NCBI GenBank assembly: GCA_964601935.1
Contig: CAZROP010000001.1
Span: 185,867 to 249,866 of the forward strand
From: an uncultured Candidatus Saccharibacteria bacterium
GTDB lineage: Bacteria > Patescibacteriota > Minisyncoccia > Phycocordibacterales > UBA1006
Direction of reading: 5' to 3'
Length of the DNA: 64,000 bases
Shown: in pieces, positions 46,444-55,548 of the stretch
Numbering within the stretch: the first letter of the stretch is position 1
Layout: every line of letters starts with the position of its first letter
The notes under the pieces: generated by a model
What the model was told of the DNA's origin: nothing
Database searches by the model: none
What the model saw: only the letters and a program-made list of their open reading frames with translations
Made by a program: the position numbers and the translations under genes

Positions 46444-46948
46444 AGAAAATGAGGGAAATTAGGTTATATAGTTCAGAGAGCTATAGTTCCTAGATTCCAA
46501 GGGTTGTACTGACTGTTTCATGCGAAACGAGTCGATTTGTTTTTATAATCGACATGTTGTCTCGCGTTACTTGTTACCTGTCTCTTTACCCAGTACTGAC
46601 GTCATGACTCGCCTGTACCAATAAACTCACATTCTCAAAAACCAGCCAGAGATACTATGTCGCGCATAGTGTATCATGCGTGGGGTGTAAAAGCAAAGTT
46701 ATTGACCTTTTTTCTTCCGTCTTCCCAGGCGTAGCGATAGCGGAGATCTGGGATACAGGATTAGAAAAACTCACTGGAGTGTTGTAAGTATGCTGAATCC
46801 TGGATCCCGGGTTGACTATTCATATAGTCGGACCTTGTCCTTCCTTATGAATATGTCCCCCGGGAAGACAGGAAGATTTACGCAAAGCCTTGCGCATTCG
46901 TATAATATGGGTTATTGTGAATTAAATTTCATTAAAATCCACACGGTT

Positions 46949-47263
46949 ATGAGAAAGTTATACATTTTTTTCTGTACCAAATTTGTTAGTTTGACTACGT
47001 GGGCGATGTGCTGGCATTATATTTATTCAGGAGCTGCCCTTCCTGTGAAGAAGGTGGTCAAGACACACTCCTATCACAAAAGGTTAAAGCGTTGGTGGCA
47101 TTGTCGAAAGCTACGATTGCGTATTTGGGTCGACAAAGTGATCTGGGGTAAGGAAGAGGAGATTATACTTGGTGCCGACAGTTCGGTACATCAGGTGCGT
47201 CCTCCAGATGGTTATACTCAAATAAATAAGGATAATTTCCCCCGCCCCGCATTACCTGATTGA
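46949..47263 (+). CDS. doubtful small basic protein
   Basis: The ORF has an MRKLYIFFCTKFVSL start and is followed by a hairpin plus T-run (47289-47350). Its W/C/H/K-rich composition is atypical. Confidence 0.25.
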   Translation: MRKLYIFFCTKFVSLTTWAMCWHYIYSGAALPVKKVVKTHSYHKRLKRWWHCRKLRLRIWVDKVIWGKEEEIILGADSSVHQVRPPDGYTQINKDNFPRPALPD

Positions 47264-47574
47264 AGGACGCTAGTGTTAGAACTAAAAGACCTGATTTTAC
47301 CGAACATATCGATATATTCGATTGTTGCAGTAAGATCAGGTTTTTCTTTTGTTGGATATAAAAATACCCGATAATCTTTATGATTACGGGTGGTTTTATG
47401 ACTAAAGCTAGTTTCTAAAAAAGTGCAGGGTCTTTCCTGGAGGTATGAGGAGAGGACCAGGAGACCCTGCGCGAGTATAGCTTGTTATTCAGTAGTGTAC
47501 TCCGTATAGATAATTATGCAAGGGAGTATTAAAAAACTGCTATGTCCTTTCAGATCAGATATAGCAGTAGTTGG

Positions 47575-47648
47575 TCCAGAGGGTCCTCCCCGAATTCCCC
47601 TAATCTGTAACTTGTGAGGGAGGCCCTTGTTCCCTCTGGATTTTTTTT
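47575..47648 (+). terminator. nested hairpin followed by T8 (plus-strand terminator-like)
   Basis: tccagaggg(47575-83)/ccctctgga(47632-40) encloses cctccc/gggagg, then tttttttt follows. Confidence 0.55.
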
Positions 47649-47909
47649 GAAAAGTCGGCACCCAGCGCCACAGCGACCCCTGTACCACGTTGTTGTTCTG
47701 GGTCAGGGCACTAGGTGCTCAACTTTTCTATTTGTTCATAGTGTTGAGCCCTACACTACTAGTATTTATTGCAAAGTCAACAGTAACCAGTCATCCTGAT
47801 CATTTTGGAATAATAAAAAACTGCTGTCATCTCGGAGAGAAACAGCAGCTTGTTGCGGCGATCATTCATCATGACCCCCTAATATAACCCCAAAAAACCA
47901 AATGAAAAC

Positions 47910-47950
47910 TTCTTTCGGTGCTGTAACTAAACGCTACGGCACTGAAAGAA
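47910..47950 (-). terminator. 16-bp hairpin plus T-rich tail on the minus strand
   Basis: ttctttcggtgctgta pairs with tacggcactgaaagaa (2 G-U pairs). The minus strand continues gttttcatttggtttttt. Confidence 0.6.
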
Positions 47951-47990
47951 TGATTTTCTATAAAAAATATGCTCTCTGGAATTTACACCT

Positions 47991-48018
47991 AGTATATACC
48001 CTCTTGATTCATTGTCAA
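47991..48018 (-). promoter_or_regulatory. sigma70-like promoter on the minus strand
   Basis: TTGACA (48018-48013), 16-nt spacer, TATACT (47996-47991). It sits ~35 nt upstream of the 47950-47910 hairpin. Confidence 0.45.
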
Positions 48019-48502
48019 GAACGCCTGTTCATATTCAGGGTATCTTTGTAAGTATTGTCAAAATAAAAAGTCCCAGAATGGTTACAACGGGCGCTGTGTC
48101 ATCCTCTCTCACGGAGATACAAAAAACCGCTCGCAGATTTTGTACCGAAGGAAAACTGTCCTAGGGGCTAAAAATGGAGCGGCTTCACATGAAACAAATT
48201 TACGTCTTGAGGGTTTCGGTATTAAAGAGAGGTCGACCACTGCTGCCAGTATCGACCTCCCGAAAAACACCTAAAACCCTATTTTTTTCTGTATCATTCG
48301 GTTCGAACGGATTAGCATAATTATATGCTTATAATCCTACATCGTCAATATAATTCAAATAAAAAGGCTGACTCGAAAACATAAAAAGAATTCGGGTCAG
48401 ACTGTGTATGAGAGGATAATCAACGAATGAAATAATAAAAAATCCCCCTTTTGCTGGCCCACTCTACACCCGATTGCGGATTTGTCCAATAGGTATTAAA
48501 AA

Positions 48503-48534
48503 ACGGGAGCCACTGGTGATCTTTGTGGCCCCGT
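48503..48534 (-). terminator. intrinsic terminator on the minus strand
   Basis: acgggagccac pairs with gtggccccgt. On the minus strand T6 follows (plus-strand A6 at 48498-48503). Confidence 0.6.
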
Positions 48535-48673
48535 TCAGGGTTGTTGCGCCTCTGGTAGAGTCCGCAACGGGTATATGTGGAGTGAGCTCGTTTTCTTTGA
48601 ATTAGGTCGGGACCTGAATACTGTCCCGACCAGTATATTCAAAAAACAGCAGGTATAGGGTCAATTGAGTAAT

Positions 48674-48701
48674 AGTATAGAGACATGTTCCGGTTTGTCA
48701 A
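48674..48701 (-). promoter_or_regulatory. sigma70-like promoter on the minus strand
   Basis: TTGACA (48701-48696), 16-nt spacer, TATACT (48679-48674). Confidence 0.45.
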
Positions 48702-48852
48702 CCCTAGACGGTAATAAAAACCCCTGCAAGGTCACCCATGGGGTAACTACTGCAAGGATCGAGGTTTCGCCTTCTGAAGCTATAAAAGTGTAGTCAGATT
48801 TCCAGTATACTGAAAATATAATGCGTGACTATTGTGGTGGGGTTATAAAAAA

Positions 48853-48897
48853 CCGCTTCATCGGGAGTCTCGGTCGCTAAAACGAGTGATGAAGCGG
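48853..48897 (-). terminator. intrinsic terminator on the minus strand
   Basis: ccgcttcatc pairs with gatgaagcgg (10 bp). On the minus strand T6 follows (plus-strand A6 at 48847-48852). Confidence 0.6.
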
Positions 48898-49064
48898 AGT
48901 AATATCTGGGCGCATGGCATTAGGTGGGGCGCCCAGAACAAAAAACGTATGACGATCTAATAGTGAGGCGTAGCCTACAGGAATTATCGGGCATTGTCAA
49001 GAATTGCAGATGTTAATCGGGTACACATTGTCCTATAACGTCGTATTGTCAAACACCGTGTCTC

Positions 49065-50576
49065 TTAGGAGACACGGTGTTTTTGTCGTAACAGGGCTAT
49101 TTCTTCTGCCTCGCGAATTTCGCGCTCTCGTTTCCCTGCTTCACCGAGGTTTTTCAGTTCGCTGTCGGATAGATTTTGTAGTTCCGTCACACGTGTACCC
49201 AGATATTCACGTGTATTACGAGTATCGTCATCCAAGACCTCTTCTAGGAGCGTGTTCAGTATCCATCCCAGACGTGGCCCTGGGTTCACATGAAACTCGT
49301 TCATCAGATCGTTGCCGTTCAGCGCCAGCATGGTGACCGACAGTGGACTGCGCAGTGCCTCCTCTATCATTGCCTCATATTTACGTAGTCGATAGGGTTC
49401 TGCGTCCTTTTTGCCCATTCCTATGCGATCGCTGCGCCGTACACGCATGAGATCCCATATCAAATCCTCACCTACGTTGACTATCATACGGCGTACGGCA
49501 GATAGTGTGATAGTTTCTGTATCCGAAAAGAACATATGATATCGGACAAGCTTCTCTACTTTGTCCGATAGATCTCGAGGATATTTCATGCGCTCCATTA
49601 TTTTGCGTACCATTTTGGCGCCAATAACCTCGTGTCCATAAAATGTCCATATTCCAGCCTGTTCATCGCGTCTACGGCTGCGTGGTTTTCCTATATCGTG
49701 GAATAGCGCAGCCAGGCACACGTGCAGCGGCCATTCCTGCCATACCGCATTCTGACAGGCATTCAAATTATGAGTAAATACATCATAGATATGGCTTCGG
49801 GATTGCTCGCAACCATGGCCTTCTAGCAATTCAGGGAGAATAATGGCGAGCAATCCAGTTTCATGTGCAACCTCTATCCCCTTTTTGGGCTCCGCAGACA
49901 TAACCATTTTGGTGAATTCATCACGAATACGTTCTATAGAGACGGTCTTTGTTTCGTCCATGAGTTGTTTCATAGCGTATGCGGTCTCTGGTTCAATGGT
50001 AAATCCGAGCTGGGCTGAAAATCGTATCGCTCGCATAATTCGTAATGGGTCTTCTGAAAAACGCTCAAACGGACTGCCTATGGTGCGAATAGTCTTGGAT
50101 AATATGTCAGAAACTCCGCCTGTATTGTCGTGTAACAGATGTTTCACTGTGTCATACACTAATGCATTCATCGTAAAGTCTCGCCGAGAGAGATCATCCA
50201 TCAGATTGGTACTAAAAGACACATTATCAGGATGACGTTTATCGCTATACTCTGACTCTGTCCTGTATGGAGTTGCATGAATTTCGCGTAGTCCGGACGA
50301 CTGTTCGTTATCAGGGAATATAAAAGACACAGTACCAAAGGGGTTTTCGTATACGACACGAATACTAGAAGATTCTGCTACAGCTATCATCTGATCGGGT
50401 GTGGCAGAGGTGGTGATATCCCAGTCGTGAGGATCACGATTCATCAGCAGGTCGCGCACGCAGCCACCAACGAGAAATGCCTCGTGTCCATTAGATTGTA
50501 GTAATTCTATAACACGTGCTGGTTCTGTAGGGATATCGAATTGAATTGCAACCGAATTGGTATCAGGAGTAGTCAT
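49065..50576 (-). CDS. cca: CCA-adding enzyme / tRNA nucleotidyltransferase with an HD domain
   Basis: 503 aa with LVGGCVRDLLMNRDPHDWDITT, RRDFTMNAL and the HD motif LFHDIGK. A hairpin (49053-49080) overlaps the stop codon. Confidence 0.9.
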   Translation of the reverse strand: MTTPDTNSVAIQFDIPTEPARVIELLQSNGHEAFLVGGCVRDLLMNRDPHDWDITTSATPDQMIAVAESSSIRVVYENPFGTVSFIFPDNEQSSGLREIHATPYRTESEYSDKRHPDNVSFSTNLMDDLSRRDFTMNALVYDTVKHLLHDNTGGVSDILSKTIRTIGSPFERFSEDPLRIMRAIRFSAQLGFTIEPETAYAMKQLMDETKTVSIERIRDEFTKMVMSAEPKKGIEVAHETGLLAIILPELLEGHGCEQSRSHIYDVFTHNLNACQNAVWQEWPLHVCLAALFHDIGKPRSRRRDEQAGIWTFYGHEVIGAKMVRKIMERMKYPRDLSDKVEKLVRYHMFFSDTETITLSAVRRMIVNVGEDLIWDLMRVRRSDRIGMGKKDAEPYRLRKYEAMIEEALRSPLSVTMLALNGNDLMNEFHVNPGPRLGWILNTLLEEVLDDDTRNTREYLGTRVTELQNLSDSELKNLGEAGKREREIREAEEIALLRQKHRVS

Positions 50577-50732
50577 AATGTCCTTTTAGTATAGGTGAAT
50601 TATATCATGGGTAGAGTAGGTTGTCAGGAAGGTGTGCAGGGCATGACTATTGTTGTAGTCTGCACATGGATTGGTGTCATTGTGTGGATACAATCACCAG
50701 GAATATGGACAACTAGAGTAAAATAGTGGTAT

Positions 50733-52802
50733 ATGAGTGAACGCACGCCCGGAGAAGAAATCCTAGAAAACGCCGAGAATACTCCAGAAAGATTAATAAA
50801 TGCTCATATATTGAACGATATAGAGTTACAGTATGCATTACAGTTATTCCCTGTAGAAACTCTAGAATCTGTGCAAGAGAAAAGTCACGAAAAGATAGTA
50901 GATGAGCGAGTAACAATGCTGAACCGTTCGTGCATGTATGACGAGGTCAAGCCAGGAGAGGAGGGTATGCATCGACCAGAGCGTGCATATACTCCATTTT
51001 CGAAACTACGGTTCATAGCACCTCCTACTGAAGAGGTTGCAAATGAACTGCGATCACTGGGGGTGGTTCATGTGAAACAGTCTCTCGAGGCAACGAGACA
51101 GGCCCAAGATCTAGCACAATTTACCGAAATGGTCGAATGGTACGAAACACAAGAGCAGGCAAAACAGGAATGTTTAGAAGTTCTTCGTTCTTTACAAGAG
51201 AGCGCACAAGATGATTTACATGAGCTGGCTTTGCTCTTTCAGAAGATAGAGACTTCTTCTTCGGAGGCTGGTCACATGAATTACGAGCACGCGCAGAAAT
51301 GGGCGTACCAACTACTGATGGGAGGGCCTCTCACGAACAGTGTACAGTCGAGCGGAGGAGGACTGCGCGATACCTTCGAGGCATACATTTCTAATGTAGA
51401 GAACCTAAGGCAGCCGGCATACTACACCGATTTGTTGGTTGAAATACAAAATCACCAACGTGCTATAGAAATACTGAAGAGTTTGCCAGCGGCTACAGAC
51501 CCAGGATTGCAGGAGAAGTATAGAATCTGGCGGCAGATGAATACTCTTTTCAGAGGAGATGTAGAGGATAAGGTCTATACGTTCATGACCGAACAGGTAG
51601 GATATAATCAGACAAAACAGGGTATCCACATCCACAATCGTGTACCCAAAAGCTATCAACCTACACGTGGTCAGTATTCTCCTAAATACGGGTACAATGA
51701 TGCAAAGAATAAGCAACAAGAACTAATGCCTCGGGTGGAGCTTGCTCTGGAGAGCGCAACTCGATTCGTCGATACGACAGTCGCTCGTGCGCAGATGGAG
51801 TACGAAGTACTGCATCTGCCCGCGACAGAAACAAAATACGTTTCACCTGATGACGCGGCGAAGTATCTGAAACACGAGAAAGACAAGCGAGTAATAGAAG
51901 CACGAAAAGCAGCTGAGTTATTAGGTCGTAGACCAGAGACGTTTGCGCGGACTGTGGTTGATGCGGGGAACTTTACAGGAGAAGTCAGCTTTACTCTGAG
52001 GCCAAGAGATATGTTACCTGATATACATGCTGAGATACAAGAGCTAGAGAGACAAATCGTGGATTTGGGGATCGAGATAGGTAAATTGACGAAATCGGCT
52101 GATTCCATGAAAGATTCATTGGAAAAGGGTAGGGCGTATGATAGTTCGTCTAAACTTTATAAATTGGTTGTGTCACCTCCTATTGTTAACACAACCTGGA
52201 CTGAGCATGGCAACAAGCTTGATGATATAAAAAACTTAACATCAAAAAAGACAGACATAGAGCAAAATCTCGAGGTATTGCAAGCAGAATTAGAAACACA
52301 ATCACGACACCAATCTAATATATCGTTTGACTGGGAAAATGAGTGTATAAATATGATTACTAGAGGTGAATACCTGGGTTATGATATGAAACAGGGCGAA
52401 GTATCGGATATAGGGGCAGATTTTGATGTGGTGGCGTTCAAAAGATCACTATATAATCGTCTGTCTGGTGGTAGTAAGTCTATTTCAGAATTAGAACTGC
52501 GTAATTTGCAGAATGATATTGTTACATTCCTAGGCTTGGTATCCCGATGGGGGTTGTCGCCTGCAGAACAAACAGCATTAGACCATTATGATTCTGTGTT
52601 GCAGCGAGTCAGTAAAGGCGAATCGCGTACTCCAGAATGGTTACAGGGCGTGCCATTTGATGCGAAACAGGTGTACGAACATGCACTCGATGTTGTAATG
52701 CCTGCACAGGAAGCAGCTTTGGGTGTTGTAGATGGAAATGTATCTGTTGAAGTAGTGGCTGACGCGTATATGCGGTTGTACGGCGATAATAATGAAAAGT
52801 AA
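50733..52802 (+). CDS. large soluble hypothetical protein (coiled-coil-rich ORFan)
   Basis: 689-aa uninterrupted ORF with no TM segment and no recognised motif. It has its own terminator at 52825-52861. Confidence 0.55.
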   Translation: MSERTPGEEILENAENTPERLINAHILNDIELQYALQLFPVETLESVQEKSHEKIVDERVTMLNRSCMYDEVKPGEEGMHRPERAYTPFSKLRFIAPPTEEVANELRSLGVVHVKQSLEATRQAQDLAQFTEMVEWYETQEQAKQECLEVLRSLQESAQDDLHELALLFQKIETSSSEAGHMNYEHAQKWAYQLLMGGPLTNSVQSSGGGLRDTFEAYISNVENLRQPAYYTDLLVEIQNHQRAIEILKSLPAATDPGLQEKYRIWRQMNTLFRGDVEDKVYTFMTEQVGYNQTKQGIHIHNRVPKSYQPTRGQYSPKYGYNDAKNKQQELMPRVELALESATRFVDTTVARAQMEYEVLHLPATETKYVSPDDAAKYLKHEKDKRVIEARKAAELLGRRPETFARTVVDAGNFTGEVSFTLRPRDMLPDIHAEIQELERQIVDLGIEIGKLTKSADSMKDSLEKGRAYDSSSKLYKLVVSPPIVNTTWTEHGNKLDDIKNLTSKKTDIEQNLEVLQAELETQSRHQSNISFDWENECINMITRGEYLGYDMKQGEVSDIGADFDVVAFKRSLYNRLSGGSKSISELELRNLQNDIVTFLGLVSRWGLSPAEQTALDHYDSVLQRVSKGESRTPEWLQGVPFDAKQVYEHALDVVMPAQEAALGVVDGNVSVEVVADAYMRLYGDNNEK

Positions 52803-52824
52803 GTTTGCAGTCTTTAGCAAGACA

Positions 52825-52861
52825 GAACAAAACCCGCTGCCAAGGGCAGCGGGTTTTGTTC
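52825..52861 (+). terminator. intrinsic terminator after the 689-aa gene
   Basis: gaacaaaacccgctgcc / aag / ggcagcgggttttgttc forms a perfect 17-bp stem. Confidence 0.8.
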
Positions 52862-52968
52862 TACGTGAAACCTGTATCGGTGTCATAGTACAGTGGATAA
52901 TGCCTGAAATTACAAGCAATTGATTGATATACTGGGTTAGACATCGGTATGCGCCGATCTTGTAGTGT

Positions 52969-55047
52969 ATGACATCACCAGAAAATACTGTTCCACAAAG
53001 AGATCCGATTCCAGGTGTAGGACATCCGGACGGGCTTTTGCCTGAGGAACAGGATTGGTGGAACGCACTACAGCGAGAAAAAGCGTCTCTAGCGCAAAAT
53101 GAGGGTATGGTATTGTCGCCTGTGATAGCACAATCTTCGCGTAGTTGGGATTCAGTTCAGATCCCGAAAGGTCGTAGAGAAGGCGGGCGATCTGCATCTA
53201 CTCTCGAAACATTGCGAACCAAAGGGGTTCATTCAGGCTCTGCGCTGGAACAAAAGATCTTAAATTCAGTTAGCGCTCCTACGAGTCCTATTACCTGGGA
53301 AGCAGTTGTTGCGACAAGAGCTCGATTAACTCCTCGATTAGAACAGGCTTTGGCAGCAGCAGATCCGCACCTGGCGTATGTATACGAGAGGTCACTGTCT
53401 CGTTCAGCCGCGAATATTACCTCGAACGATACATCAGCACGAACTGCAAAAATCATACCAATAGGCCAACCTCTAGGGGTAAGTTTGCGTGAGGCGGCGC
53501 TTGTAGATGACCAGGATGGTATCGAGATGCCTCAGATGCAGATTGCTTCGGTAGCAGCATCTGCCGATGTACCCGATGTAGAAACAGTCGGCGAGCCTGT
53601 TGCACCAGCGGCAGTAGCACCAGAGGTACATTCTGATGAGCCTATTTCTCTGCAGGAATTGGTTGATAGGGTAAACAGAAATGTATCAACTGTACAGGAG
53701 TCTCTGGATCTTGCAATAGAGCCTGTTGCACCAGCAATAGAAGAAGACCATAACTGGGCAGAACAGGTGCATCTATCAACTGAACGGTATTCTAGTACAC
53801 TAGAATCTGCGTACAATGAAGCATATTTGAATCTTCATAGAGGGGCGCATTGCAGTTGGTTATCGAATTCTACACATAGAGAAACATTACTCAATCAGGA
53901 GTGTCAGATAGCGCGTCGTGAATTGGTACTGGCTCTCGTGAATCAACGCCGGCAGCAGAATAACGGCGTACTCAGTCGTGCTGACCTGATTCAGATAGAA
54001 CAGAGCGTGGTACAGCAAGAGCGTATCACATTGGATACTCTTGGACAGCAGTATGCGCAACACGCAGACATGCGCATGGTTCGTAATGTTCCAGAATTGG
54101 CAAATATTGCGCGTGCTCGCGGTGCAGCAGTGATGGAACGAGGCAGACAAGGTGTCACACGTGTAACAGGTATGTTGTCGAGATTATGGACTAGAACTGC
54201 AGGGCAGAGTGATACCGTACAGAGAGCACAAGAATCCATGACGGCACACAGTCGTCGCGTGCGCGGTTGGGTGGATAGGCGATTGGGATCAGAGCGAGTT
54301 GCACAGATGCAGCATGTAGCGGTGCGTATTGCTGTACCTACTGTATTTACCATTGCTACGGGTGGAGCACTGCTGCCGGTGATAGCAGGTGCAACAGTGG
54401 CTACGGCTACGGGTGCTGGTATTGATGCCGGATATCGTGCAGTCACTAGGTCGCAGAATCGTGCCGACCAGAGCATACCCATTGCTCCTGAAAATGTAGA
54501 CGCAATGTTAGTTGATGCGCAACAGGAAGCGGCAATTAGGAATCGGGAGCGACGTATTGCGCGCTGGGTGTCTACCATTACATCCTCTCTCGTGGGAATA
54601 GTAACAGGGCATTGGACAGCAGATGCGATGCAGGCTCACACTAATACGCCAACATCTGGGCCTGCACCGAAACCAACGCAGCCTATTATCGAAAAACCAC
54701 CCATCCCATTTATAGAACACACTGTTGCTATTCAAAATGGGTCAGGCGAAGGGTTTACTCAGGCGGTTAATCGCTTATTATCAGTGACGCCAACAGATCA
54801 AGTGCCAGCATTGATTACTGACTTCGCACGAGTACATAATGTACCTATCGTTAACGGTCATTATCAGATGACTCCAGAACAGGCGCGAGCGTTTGCCGAA
54901 CAGGTACGTGCAATCGATACATTCGGTCGTTCAATCATTATGCAGCCGGGTGATACAGTAGGATTCGATGCGGAAGGACAGCTGGTACATACACATGCAG
55001 GAGTGAGCCGCGCAGTAACAGGCGCATTACGCGGGAAATGGATGTAG
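52969..55047 (+). CDS. large membrane protein of unknown function (same architecture as the 1047-aa protein)
   Basis: 692 aa. It has RRVRGWVDRRL, a Gly/Ala-rich TM hairpin (IAVPTVFTIATGGALLPVIAGATVATATGAGIDAG), a second TM (WVSTITSSLVGIVTGHW) and a C-terminal domain. Confidence 0.65.
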   Translation: MTSPENTVPQRDPIPGVGHPDGLLPEEQDWWNALQREKASLAQNEGMVLSPVIAQSSRSWDSVQIPKGRREGGRSASTLETLRTKGVHSGSALEQKILNSVSAPTSPITWEAVVATRARLTPRLEQALAAADPHLAYVYERSLSRSAANITSNDTSARTAKIIPIGQPLGVSLREAALVDDQDGIEMPQMQIASVAASADVPDVETVGEPVAPAAVAPEVHSDEPISLQELVDRVNRNVSTVQESLDLAIEPVAPAIEEDHNWAEQVHLSTERYSSTLESAYNEAYLNLHRGAHCSWLSNSTHRETLLNQECQIARRELVLALVNQRRQQNNGVLSRADLIQIEQSVVQQERITLDTLGQQYAQHADMRMVRNVPELANIARARGAAVMERGRQGVTRVTGMLSRLWTRTAGQSDTVQRAQESMTAHSRRVRGWVDRRLGSERVAQMQHVAVRIAVPTVFTIATGGALLPVIAGATVATATGAGIDAGYRAVTRSQNRADQSIPIAPENVDAMLVDAQQEAAIRNRERRIARWVSTITSSLVGIVTGHWTADAMQAHTNTPTSGPAPKPTQPIIEKPPIPFIEHTVAIQNGSGEGFTQAVNRLLSVTPTDQVPALITDFARVHNVPIVNGHYQMTPEQARAFAEQVRAIDTFGRSIIMQPGDTVGFDAEGQLVHTHAGVSRAVTGALRGKWM

Positions 55048-55095
55048 GGTGTAATTCTTGCTCTTGAATCTAGTTGGGTATGATATACTAATTCT

Positions 55096-55419
55096 ATGAC
55101 AAATTTGCATGACATTACTAGTGCGTTCGCGCAGGTGTACGGATTCGATCCTGTCGATACCAGTGATAACGGTGCAGGATTGACAGGACAGCTGCTGGTG
55201 ACGTTGATGGAGCGTTTAGTAGCACGATCATACAGCTATCTAGGTGTTGACGATCAACGCATACTGGATGATATGCTGGACGCTGATGCAGAACCGGATG
55301 CTGTGATTGGATTTTTGTCGCAGCGTATTCCTGTATTTGCACAAGTAGTAATGGAGATTATCACAGAGATGAAGAACTCTATAGATGAAGTAGAGAAGAT
55401 TGCAGAGAGTGTAGTATAA
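55096..55419 (+). CDS. small acidic helical protein, partner of the 692-aa protein (DUF5663-like from memory)
   Basis: 107 aa. LMERLVARSYSYLGVDDQRILDDMLDADAEPDAVIGFLSQRIPVFAQVVMEIITEM aligns by eye with 23886..24233. Confidence 0.55.
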   Translation: MTNLHDITSAFAQVYGFDPVDTSDNGAGLTGQLLVTLMERLVARSYSYLGVDDQRILDDMLDADAEPDAVIGFLSQRIPVFAQVVMEIITEMKNSIDEVEKIAESVV

Positions 55420-55442
55420 TTCTTTGAATAGTGTGAGTATGC

Positions 55443-55472
55443 AAAAACCACCTGTAGCATCAGGTGGTTTTT
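55443..55472. terminator. bidirectional terminator between the 107-aa gene and cmk
   Basis: aaaaaccacctg / tagcat / caggtggttttt. Confidence 0.8.
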
Positions 55473-55548
55473 TGTAATGATGTTATTGGTAAAAAATAAC
55501 GCCTATCTGGAAAAATTCCAGATAGGCGGCATATACTGTCCTGTACTC

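Noticed and set aside
47790-47873. 31-codon minus-strand small ORF (MMNDRRNKLLFLSEMTAVFYYSKMIRMTGYC) preceded by AGGGGG.
   Set aside because: It reads straight through the hairpin plus T6 terminator at 47848-47815, the SD-ATG spacing is only 2-5 nt, and there is no supporting conservation information. It is left as non-coding.
47400-49060. Known housekeeping ncRNAs (RNase P RNA, tmRNA, SRP RNA, 6S RNA) or a giant ornate RNA within the ORF-poor island.
   Set aside because: The closest RNase P CR-I-like string (gaaaagtcggcac, 47649-47661) is a poor match, and no CR-IV/V partner (ACAGAAcccGGCUUA-like) is present. There is no tmRNA tRNA-like end and no SRP GGAA-tetraloop helix. The many internal T-runs and promoters argue for several short units rather than one long RNA. 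Only a covariance-model scan can settle this.
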